From: Alphaproteobacteria bacterium UBA6178
GTDB lineage: Bacteria; Pseudomonadota; Alphaproteobacteria; Rickettsiales; UBA3002
Length of the DNA: 64,000 nucleotides
Assembly (NCBI GenBank): GCA_002422205.1
Contig: DITS01000009.1
Span: 124,769-188,768 of the forward strand
Direction: 5' to 3'
A model generated the notes under the pieces. That model was not told where the DNA came from and ran no database searches. It was given only the letters and a program-made list of their open reading frames with translations. Both the position numbers and the translations under genes were made by a program. This document shows, in pieces, positions 9,743 through 17,578 of the stretch (positions are counted from its first letter, which is position 1; each line of letters starts with the position of its first letter).

Positions 9743-10228
9743 ATGGCGAAGAAATACAATTCGCGACTGATTCGTGATGACTACAGCTACTATGTTGAGC
9801 AGGTGGCGGAGTTGTTCGGAATTGATGAGGCGACGGTGCGGCGCTGGATGAAGGATGGCGGGTTGGAGCGCATCCCCAATACACGCCCTCACCTGATTCA
9901 CAGCAGCAAGTTGAGACCTTTTATCGAGAAACTAGGCACGGCACGCAAGAAGCCCTGCGCCAGCCATGAGATGTTTTGTATGCGCTGCCAGTCTCCCCGC
10001 ACTCCTGCACATGCTACCGGAGCCGTCACCATTCTCGCCAATAGGAGCGTCAGGCTCAAGGCAGCTTGCTCTGTTTGTGGGGGAGCAATGTGTCGCGCGA
10101 TCAGGCAATCAGAATGGACAAAAAATCATCCGCTTGCGGTGTGTCTGAGTGACGCATCGGAAGAACATAAGGGTGTGGAACCACTGCACCGTGAATGTTC
10201 ATTTCAGATGGAGGAAAATCATGACTGA
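9743..10228 (+). CDS. HTH DNA-binding protein with C-terminal CxxC...CxxC zinc-ribbon-like motif
   Basis: Start at the MAKKYNS Met within ORF 9665..10228. HTH-like VAELFGIDEATVRRWMKDGG. Cys pairs CMRCQ and CSVCGGAMC. Overlaps the next gene by 8 nt. Confidence 0.55.
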   Translation: MAKKYNSRLIRDDYSYYVEQVAELFGIDEATVRRWMKDGGLERIPNTRPHLIHSSKLRPFIEKLGTARKKPCASHEMFCMRCQSPRTPAHATGAVTILANRSVRLKAACSVCGGAMCRAIRQSEWTKNHPLAVCLSDASEEHKGVEPLHRECSFQMEENHD

Positions 10229-11309
10229 ATATAATGCACTCAATGAGCGGCTGAAAAAGCAGTATGAAGACACATTGCTGCATGAGAATTACCGCGAAGT
10301 GCGAACCGCCGAAGCCGTGTGGAAGGCGATCAATCTGTTCGAGCGATATACGGGCAGAAAGGACTTCACCAGCTTTGATGCAGAGCAGGCAAAAGGCTTC
10401 AAACGTTGGCTTATAAAGCAGCAGAATGCCAAGGGCGAGTTGCTCAGCCTGTCCACGGTGCGCTCCACGCTCAAAATGCTGCGGGATTTCTTTTGCTGGT
10501 TATCTATCCACCCCAAATACATCCGCAAGATAGATGGCAGAGCGGCAGCCTATTTCCGCCTTTCCAACAATGATGAAAGGGCAGGGCGTGCCACCAAAGC
10601 ATTGCCCGTCCCTACAGTGGAGCAGGTGCAGCAAATATTGTTGGCCATGCCAAATGGTACGGATATTGAAAAGCGCGATAGAGCAATCATTGCATTTATG
10701 GCGCTAACGGGTGTGCGGGATGCGGCGCTGATAAGCCTGAAAATGAAAGACGTGGACAGGGTTAAGAGTGAGGTTTGGCAAGACCCCAAGCATGTCAAAA
10801 CGAAGAATCGCAAAGCGATTTTGACATCCTTTATGCTCTTTGACCCGCTATGGCTGGATATTGTGATGGAGTGGCTGGATCATGCGCAGCAGGTGCTCAT
10901 ATTGGAGCCTGATGCTCCACTTTTTCCCAAAACACAGATGCGGTGCAATCCTGATACGTTGCAATTTGAGACAGCAGGGCTTTCACGAGAGCATTGGGCA
11001 AACACCACCCCGATACGCGATATATTCAAAACGGGGTTCATGCGTGCGGGGCTGCCATACTACAATCCGCATTCATTCCGCAAGATGCTGGCTATTTGGG
11101 CGCTGGAGCACTGCACCCAGATGGAGTTTAAGGCGATCAGCGAGAATATCGGGCATGAAAATGCCATGACTACCTATAATTCCTATGCCACGCTCACTGA
11201 CCATACGCGCCGGAATGTGATTAACGGGATTGGTAAAGCGCATGGGGAGCTGAGCAATGTGCCGTCAGATGTGCTCATGCAGGAAATGCAAAAAAGAATG
11301 CAGCGGTGA
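10221..11309 (+). CDS. Second tyrosine recombinase (phage integrase family)
   Basis: Start at MTEYNALNERL within ORF 10149..11309. N-terminal SAM-like domain. Catalytic-domain elements GVRDAAL (Arg), HSFRKM (His-x-x-Arg) and GHENAMTTYNSY (His...Tyr). Confidence 0.75.
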   Translation: MTEYNALNERLKKQYEDTLLHENYREVRTAEAVWKAINLFERYTGRKDFTSFDAEQAKGFKRWLIKQQNAKGELLSLSTVRSTLKMLRDFFCWLSIHPKYIRKIDGRAAAYFRLSNNDERAGRATKALPVPTVEQVQQILLAMPNGTDIEKRDRAIIAFMALTGVRDAALISLKMKDVDRVKSEVWQDPKHVKTKNRKAILTSFMLFDPLWLDIVMEWLDHAQQVLILEPDAPLFPKTQMRCNPDTLQFETAGLSREHWANTTPIRDIFKTGFMRAGLPYYNPHSFRKMLAIWALEHCTQMEFKAISENIGHENAMTTYNSYATLTDHTRRNVINGIGKAHGELSNVPSDVLMQEMQKRMQR

Positions 11310-11584
11310 GTCGAAATGCTTTCAAGTTAGCAGCATGACCAATAGCGCTTGACCCTACGCTTACGCGGTGGCACTTTGATGGCGAGGCATGGCTTGGTAG
11401 CCGTCCTTGGGGCTTAAGAACCTCTCTAAATGCGGCTTGTGCGCCGTGAATGCACTCCTCGACTTTGGTCGGGGAGGCGCTGGTGTATGTCCAAGGTCTT
11501 CCTAAAGACCAGCGCGTGCCTTCATTTAGGGTATTCTTAACTCCCCGATCACCAGTCGTTTGTCTGGTGATCGCTGATTGGTGA

Positions 11585-11968
11585 ATGAAGCTAAACGAGG
11601 ATCGAATGCAGTATCTTCCTCCTATGGAGTTAGTAGGCTTGATTATCCTGCACTGCGTGCTGGCCTTTGCAAATACCAAAGCAGCTGTCCAGTATAAAGG
11701 GGCTCAACCACTTATGCCCTTGCTGCTTAACATCGTCGGCATTGGCTGCGGTATCAATCGGTATGTCTTCTTGGCGTACTATGGGTATGCTGTATCCGTT
11801 ACGTATGCGGTAATTCTTTTGCTGGTAGGGCTTGTGACTCCCATGCTGTCCGTTCGGCTGGAACGTGCGGTATTCGGCACTGTAAGAAACGCTACTTTCT
11901 GGCTATCCATGATTAGCCTTATCGTGTTGCCAGTCATCGCTGTCTATCTATGGAGCTTTATACCATGA
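11585..11968 (+). CDS. Small integral membrane protein (about 4 predicted TM helices)
   Basis: Four hydrophobic stretches in 127 aa. The stop overlaps the next start (ATGA at 11965-11968). Confidence 0.5.
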   Translation: MKLNEDRMQYLPPMELVGLIILHCVLAFANTKAAVQYKGAQPLMPLLLNIVGIGCGINRYVFLAYYGYAVSVTYAVILLLVGLVTPMLSVRLERAVFGTVRNATFWLSMISLIVLPVIAVYLWSFIP

Positions 11969-12693
11969 GTGAAGTGATAGAGTCTGTATCACGATATGCG
12001 CTGTACGACAGTGACCGCGATATGGTTGCACGCTTGTATGACCTGACCAGTGAGTTGTTGCGGCCTTCCTTATCGCCGCTGATGTTGTTCCGCATCGCCA
12101 AGTTACAGCTGGCACTGGCGCGGCTCCCGCATACCACCGAGGAAGCGAACCTGCGCCTGACCTTCTCACGTGAAAGCGGCGGCGAAAGTAGTCATTATAG
12201 CCTGCTTCTTGGCTTTGAAGACTTCCTGCTGGACTATATGCACACCTCCTATGATCCTGAGTTTGGCGGCGATCATTATTCCGCAGACTATTTCATGGCC
12301 AACACCACAGGAAGCAGACGTGAAGAGGATGTGCATGAGTGGTTCTGGCAGGTGGAGACGCTGTTGGCCGATAACCCGAGATGCTGGGATATTGCTGATG
12401 ACTTTGAGGGGGACAATGCTGCGATAGACTGGCATGCCGAATATAGTGGGACGCTGCTGAATATCCTGCCCGAGCCGGATCAGTCTGTCTTGCGCAAAGC
12501 AGAGCATTCCGCTCCGGTGATCACATTGGAGGAGTGGGATCGCATGGATCGGGGGGTATGCCCCAAATGTGGCTCGAAGCTGCCGCAGGTGAAATCGTCG
12601 CCTTGCACAAAGTGCAGTGCCACGCTCCACTTGCATGATGCGTTTACACTAGAGATACCTGCAGACTCACATATTTACAGGCCGAAAGGGTAG
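11965..12693 (+). CDS. Hypothetical protein with C-terminal zinc-ribbon (CPKCG...CTKCS)
   Basis: Start at the MSEVIES Met, which overlaps the upstream stop. Acidic central region. Two CxxC pairs near the C-terminus. Confidence 0.55.
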   Translation: MSEVIESVSRYALYDSDRDMVARLYDLTSELLRPSLSPLMLFRIAKLQLALARLPHTTEEANLRLTFSRESGGESSHYSLLLGFEDFLLDYMHTSYDPEFGGDHYSADYFMANTTGSRREEDVHEWFWQVETLLADNPRCWDIADDFEGDNAAIDWHAEYSGTLLNILPEPDQSVLRKAEHSAPVITLEEWDRMDRGVCPKCGSKLPQVKSSPCTKCSATLHLHDAFTLEIPADSHIYRPKG

Positions 12694-12917
12694 CTTGGGG
12701 ATTTGCCGACCAATAGATACGCTTTCAGGGAACTCATCATTTTTTCTCTGTGAACTGCAGTTGCTCTTTATATGTTTTTGCCTGCCTTTACGCTTCTGTG
12801 CCACATGCAAGCAACTCAAAATATGGGTTTTTCATACAACCTCATTCCCTACATTTCTTGTTTTTTCTCTCCCCTTCTGTATTGTAAGGCGCTATTGCAC
12901 AAATAAGAGGCTGAGTA

Positions 12918-13100
12918 ATGCATAGTGACATAATGACCATGAAGGAAGTCGCAGACTACCTGAAGATCAATGACAAAACGGCCTATAAGCTCACAGCAGA
13001 AGGTAAAATTCCCGGTTTCAAAGTCGGTGGCGCATGGCGTTTCAAAAAAAGTGAGATTGATAGCTGGATCGCGCAGCAGGGAAAAAGGGAGGCAAAGTGA
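12918..13100 (+). CDS. Excisionase-family helix-turn-helix DNA-binding protein (leader gene of the type I R-M operon)
   Basis: MTMKEVADYLKINDKTAYKLTAEGKIPGFKVGGAWRFKKSEIDSWI matches the MerR/excisionase-type HTH_17 pattern. Its stop overlaps the hsdM start. Confidence 0.7.
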   Translation: MHSDIMTMKEVADYLKINDKTAYKLTAEGKIPGFKVGGAWRFKKSEIDSWIAQQGKREAK

Positions 13101-14671
13101 TGGCTGACACAAAAAAAGAGCAAGAACGAGCAGCGCTGCATTCCACCATTTGGCGCATCGCCAATGATATGCGCGGCAGCGTTGATGGTTGGGATTTCAA
13201 GCAATATGTTCTTGTTATCTTATTTTACCGCTTCATCTCAGAAAATCTCAGCTCTTACGTTAATGAGAAGCAAAAAGAAGCTGGCGAAAAAAATTTCAAT
13301 TACGCCGCATTGAGCGATAGCGATGCGGAACGTGCTCGCGCACTTATCTTGGAAGAAAAAGGGTTCTTCATCCACCCAAGTGAATTGTTTGAAAATGTTC
13401 GCAAACACGCCGCAGGTGATGCAAACTTGAATGAAACACTAGAAAAAGTGTTCAAAAATATCGAGGCCTCTGCTCAAGGCACGGACAGCGAAAACGATAT
13501 GAAAGGCCTGTTTGATGATATTGATGTTAATAGCAACAAACTTGGCGCAACGGTCGTAAGGCGTAACGAAAAGCTGGTAAAACTGCTGAATGCCATCGGC
13601 GATCTGCCGATTGGAAATTACGATGACAACTCCATCGACCTATTTGGTGATGCCTATGAATATCTGATGACCATGTACGCGGCTAATGCGGGCAAATCGG
13701 GTGGTGAATTCTTCACCCCCCAGGAGGTTTCCGAGCTGCTGGCACGCATTACCGTTGTTGGCAAAAAGGAAGTGAACAAGGTCTATGACCCTGCCTGCGG
13801 TTCTGGCTCACTTCTGCTAAAATTTGCTAAGGTGCTGGGCAAGGAGTGCGTGCGCAATGGCTTTTACGGGCAAGAGATCAACATCACCACCTACAACCTT
13901 TGCCGTATCAACATGTTCTTGCACGATATTAACTACGAGCAGTTTGATATTGCGCACGGTGACACACTGACCGACCCGCACCACTGGGATGATGAGCCAT
14001 TTGAAGCCATCGTTTCTAATCCTCCATACTCCATCAAATGGGATGGCGATGCCAACCCGCTAATTATCAACGATGACCGCTTCACGCCAGCCGGTGTGCT
14101 TGCGCCAAAATCAAAGGCTGATCTGGCGTTTGTGATGCACGCGCTTTCATGGCTGGCGGTCGATGGCACAGCCGCCATCGTTTCTTTCCCCGGTGCGATG
14201 TATCGCGGTGGCGCGGAGCAGAAAATCAGAAAGTATCTGGTGGATAATAACTATGTCGATGCCGTCATTCAGCTGCCAACCGATTTGTTTTTCGGCACTA
14301 CCATCGCCACCTGCATTCTGGTGCTGAAAAAGAATAAGTCCGACAGCAAGGTGCTGTTCATTGATGCCACCAATGAATTTGTGCGCGGTTCGGCCAAGAA
14401 CAAGCTGAATGACGATCACATGAAGCGCATTCTGGCTTGCTATGCCAGCCGCTCCACGGAAGAACACTACTCCCGCCTTGTGCCGCATAAAGAGATTGAG
14501 GAAAAAGAATATAACATCAGCGTCGGCACCTACGTTGCTGTGAAGGACAATCGCGAGGTGGTGGATATTACCGAGCTGAACGCCCGCATTGAAACCATCG
14601 TTGCACGGCAAAATGAGCTACGCACACAGATCGACGCCATCGTCGCAGATTTGGAGGGAAAAGCAGCATGA
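13097..14671 (+). CDS. hsdM: Type I restriction-modification system, DNA methyltransferase subunit M
   Basis: HsdM N-terminal domain ([30 protein letters not shown]). SAM motif [12 protein letters not shown]. Catalytic NPPY ([11 protein letters not shown]). GTG at 13097 or ATG at 13100. Confidence 0.93.
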   Translation: MMADTKKEQERAALHSTIWRIANDMRGSVDGWDFKQYVLVILFYRFISENLSSYVNEKQKEAGEKNFNYAALSDSDAERARALILEEKGFFIHPSELFENVRKHAAGDANLNETLEKVFKNIEASAQGTDSENDMKGLFDDIDVNSNKLGATVVRRNEKLVKLLNAIGDLPIGNYDDNSIDLFGDAYEYLMTMYAANAGKSGGEFFTPQEVSELLARITVVGKKEVNKVYDPACGSGSLLLKFAKVLGKECVRNGFYGQEINITTYNLCRINMFLHDINYEQFDIAHGDTLTDPHHWDDEPFEAIVSNPPYSIKWDGDANPLIINDDRFTPAGVLAPKSKADLAFVMHALSWLAVDGTAAIVSFPGAMYRGGAEQKIRKYLVDNNYVDAVIQLPTDLFFGTTIATCILVLKKNKSDSKVLFIDATNEFVRGSAKNKLNDDHMKRILACYASRSTEEHYSRLVPHKEIEEKEYNISVGTYVAVKDNREVVDITELNARIETIVARQNELRTQIDAIVADLEGKAA

Positions 14672-15273
14672 CCTTAGAAAACAAATTAAACATCACCAAT
14701 CAGGTGGAGCTGGCTAAGGCGGAAGAAAAAATCAGCAAGCAAAAGGCCAAACAGCTTTTTGACTCCGGCGACATTGCCAAAGTTGAGGTTGGCACCTTCA
14801 AAGGGCTGGCCTTCATCCACGCCTATTTGTTTGAAGATATTTATGACTTTGCTGGAAAAATCCGTGAGGTGAACATCGCCAAAGGCAATTTCCGCTTTGC
14901 GCCGCTGATGTATTTGCAAGCCTCGCTGGAGCATATCGACGCTATGTCACAAAGCAGCTTTGATCAGATCATCGAGAAATATGTGGAGATGAACATTGCC
15001 CACCCGTTCCGCGAAGGAAACGGACGCGCCACCCGCATCTGGCTGGATTTGATTTTGAAGAAAGAACTGAAACAGGTGGTGGATTGGAACAAGGTGGATA
15101 AAGACGAGTATCTTTCTGCCATGCAGCGCAGCGTGGTGAAAGATGTGGAGATCAAAACCCTGCTGAAAGCAGCGCTGACAGACCAGATTGACGACCGCGC
15201 CCTGTTTATGAAGGGTATTGATGTGAGCTATTACTATGAAGGCTATAGTGAATTCAAAACCGAGGAGCTTTAG
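14668..15273 (+). CDS. fic: Fic-domain protein, class III-like (NmFic-type AMP transferase)
   Basis: Canonical Fic motif [14 protein letters not shown]-terminal S-Y-Y-Y-E-G matches the [S/T]xxxE[G/N] inhibitory-helix motif. 201 aa. ATGA overlap with hsdM. Confidence 0.9.
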   Translation: MTLENKLNITNQVELAKAEEKISKQKAKQLFDSGDIAKVEVGTFKGLAFIHAYLFEDIYDFAGKIREVNIAKGNFRFAPLMYLQASLEHIDAMSQSSFDQIIEKYVEMNIAHPFREGNGRATRIWLDLILKKELKQVVDWNKVDKDEYLSAMQRSVVKDVEIKTLLKAALTDQIDDRALFMKGIDVSYYYEGYSEFKTEEL

Positions 15274-15275
15274 CT

Positions 15276-16466
15276 ATGAGCCGAATTGACGACTTGATTA
15301 AAGAGCATTGCCCTGATGGGGTGGAGTCTGAACCATTACATAAATTTTTGGATTATTCTCAGCCTACTAAATACATCGTGGAATCTACAAAGTATGACGA
15401 TAACTACTCCACGCCTGTATTAACGGCGGGTGATAGTTTTATTCTCGGTTATACCAATGAAACCGATGGCATATATGAGGCCAGCGAAAATAGCCCTGTA
15501 ATTATATTTGATGATTTCACCACATCATTTCACTGGGTTGATTTTGATTTTAAGGTAAAAAGCTCTGCCATGAAGATGTTGACGCCTAAAGAAGGTGTGA
15601 ACTTTCGATATGTTTATTATGCAATGAAAAATATTCGCTACAAGCCATCAAGCCATGCACGGCAATGGATATCAACATATTCAGAAATTGAAATTCCGAA
15701 CCCACACCCTAGAATACAGCAAGAAATTGTTGACATCCTCGATGCGTTTACCAAGCTGGAGGCGGAGCTGGAGGCGGAGCTGGAGGCGGAGCTGGAAGCA
15801 CGTCGTCAGCAATACTCCCACTACCGCGACGAACTCCTCAATTTTGATGGAAAAGATGTTGCTTGGAAGGCTCTGGATGATGTTGCCATAAAAGTTTCTT
15901 CTGGTGGCACCCCACTATCGACCCGTAAAGATTATTATGGTGGTGATATTCCGTGGCTGCGTACACAAGAAGTTATTTTTGGGGCAATCAACGACACTGA
16001 AATGCGAATCACAGAGAAGGCTGTAAAAGAAACTTCTGCTAAATGGATACCTGCAAACTGCGTTATTATCGCAATCTCTGGGGCTACTGCAGGCCGTTCT
16101 GCGTTTAACACCATTCCACTGACCACTAATCAGCACTGTTGTAATCTGGAAGTAGACGGAAGAAAGGCGCATTGGAAATATGTATTTTATTGGGTGAGAA
16201 ATGAGTATGAACGAATTAAGGCTAAAGGCCGTGGTGCACGCTCTGATCTGAATGCAGGTATTATCAAAGCACACCCCATTCCAATTCCTTTCGCTAATGA
16301 CCCTAAAAAGTCCCTTGAAGAACAAGAGCGCATTGTTGGGATTCTCGATAAATTCGATGCGTTGGTAAACGATATTTCCAGCGGCTTACCTGCCGAGATC
16401 ACTGCCCGCCGCAAGCAATATGAGCATTACCGCAACCAGCTTCTAACATTCCAAGGGGCTGCTTAA
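15276..16466 (+). CDS. hsdS: Type I restriction-modification system, specificity subunit S
   Basis: Two target-recognition domains separated by a central coiled-coil region. Conserved C-terminal helix (RRKQYEHYRNQLLTF). Positioned between hsdM and hsdR. Confidence 0.9.
   Translation: MSRIDDLIKEHCPDGVESEPLHKFLDYSQPTKYIVESTKYDDNYSTPVLTAGDSFILGYTNETDGIYEASENSPVIIFDDFTTSFHWVDFDFKVKSSAMKMLTPKEGVNFRYVYYAMKNIRYKPSSHARQWISTYSEIEIPNPHPRIQQEIVDILDAFTKLEAELEAELEAELEARRQQYSHYRDELLNFDGKDVAWKALDDVAIKVSSGGTPLSTRKDYYGGDIPWLRTQEVIFGAINDTEMRITEKAVKETSAKWIPANCVIIAISGATAGRSAFNTIPLTTNQHCCNLEVDGRKAHWKYVFYWVRNEYERIKAKGRGARSDLNAGIIKAHPIPIPFANDPKKSLEEQERIVGILDKFDALVNDISSGLPAEITARRKQYEHYRNQLLTFQGAA
15756..15800 (+). 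repeat. Tandem 12-bp repeat (ctggaggcggag x3 plus partial) encoding (LEAE)n in the HsdS central spacer
   Basis: Three perfect 12-nt units at 15756-15791, followed by ctggaagca. Confidence 0.9.
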
Positions 16467-17578
16467 TGGCCAAGGGAAAATTCAAATCCATTGAAAGCGT
16501 ATGCGCTCGCATAAAGAAAGATTTGGACACCCCAAATCCAAAAAAACCGGACGATACAAAAGTCTCCATTCTCTATGCATGCAATGCTTCTGGAAAAACC
16601 AGAATCTCTAAGCGATTTGCTGATCAATATGACAAGCAAGTTATTTATTATAATGCATATACTGAAGATTTATTCAGCTGGGACAATGAAAATAATATTC
16701 TAAAAATTAATAACAACAAAGCCTGGATTTTTAGATTTATTCAGGAGCAAGATATTGATGGCGATATAGTCGATAATTTCAAAAAATTTACAGGATCAAA
16801 ATTAGAGCCAACACTCGATATTACCAATAGCCAAATTACTTTTGGAATCCATACTGGCGATAATCAAGGTATTAAAAATATTAAAATATCAAGAGGCGAA
16901 GAAAGTATTTTAATATGGTCTATATTTTTTACAGTATTAGAGACTGGGGTATCTGCCTTAAATGAAACTACCCTTGATAAAAGATTAACCAGAGATTTCG
17001 ATAATATCCATTATATTGTGATTGATGATCCGGTTTCCTCAATGGATGATACACGGATTATCACCGTAGCCCTTGAACTGGCGAGGCTGATCAAAAAATC
17101 GAAGAATCAGCTGAAGTTTTTGATCACCACTCACCATGCGCTATTCTTTAACGTGCTGTTTACTAGCGGAAAGAATGCGGGAAACTGGGACAGAAAAAAC
17201 TATATCCTCTCCAAATCAGGAGCAGAGTTTCTTCTGGAAGGCCAAGGCAGCGAATCACCCTTTGCTTATCATCATGTTGCTATGGCGGACATCGAAAAAG
17301 CAATTAAAGACAAAGACATCAAAAAATATCACTTTAACATTTTCCGTGCGCTCATGGAGAAAACAGCTAATTTCTATGGCTACGACCATTGGAAGAAATG
17401 CTTAGAAGGTGGCAAGCATAGAGAAGAATTCATAAAAATTATCGATCATTACAGCCATAACAAGCTATCAGAGTTGGAATATCGCGACATAACAAACGAT
17501 GATAAGAAAGAATTTGAAACGACATTCCGCTTTTTTATGAAAGAATTTTTCAAGCAGGAAGTAAGAACAAATGGCTAG
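16466..17578 (+). CDS. PrrC/RloA-like ABC-type ATPase (AAA_13-like), putative anticodon nuclease
   Basis: Walker A-like NASGKT, ABC-signature-like ISRGEES, Walker B IVIDDPVSSMD, H-loop ITTHH. The C-terminus has R-x3-E (FRALME) and HYSH about 35 residues later. It occupies the hsdS-hsdR position known for prrC, and its start overlaps the hsdS stop. Confidence 0.6.
   Translation: MAKGKFKSIESVCARIKKDLDTPNPKKPDDTKVSILYACNASGKTRISKRFADQYDKQVIYYNAYTEDLFSWDNENNILKINNNKAWIFRFIQEQDIDGDIVDNFKKFTGSKLEPTLDITNSQITFGIHTGDNQGIKNIKISRGEESILIWSIFFTVLETGVSALNETTLDKRLTRDFDNIHYIVIDDPVSSMDDTRIITVALELARLIKKSKNQLKFLITTHHALFFNVLFTSGKNAGNWDRKNYILSKSGAEFLLEGQGSESPFAYHHVAMADIEKAIKDKDIKKYHFNIFRALMEKTANFYGYDHWKKCLEGGKHREEFIKIIDHYSHNKLSELEYRDITNDDKKEFETTFRFFMKEFFKQEVRTNG

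Noticed and set aside
11275-11679. A 134-aa minus-strand ORF in the gap between the second recombinase and the membrane protein. Also a 9-bp-stem hairpin at 11547-11572.
   Set aside because: The ORF has odd composition, no SD and overlaps the next gene's start, so it is probably non-coding. The hairpin has no U-tract and no second copy to support a function, so it is not reported as a feature.
15756-15800. Short tandem repeats (12 bp x3 in hsdS; 7 bp x6 at 43698-43739) as a possible CRISPR array.
   Set aside because: The units are contiguous with no spacers and far too short. One lies inside a coding sequence. No cas genes are present.
10221-16466. A recombinase-driven hsdS shufflon (phase-variable type I specificity), given a tyrosine recombinase about 4 kb upstream of hsdS.
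   Set aside because: There is only one hsdS gene. I saw no silent hsdS' fragments or inverted repeats within or beside it. The recombinase is separated from the operon by unrelated genes.
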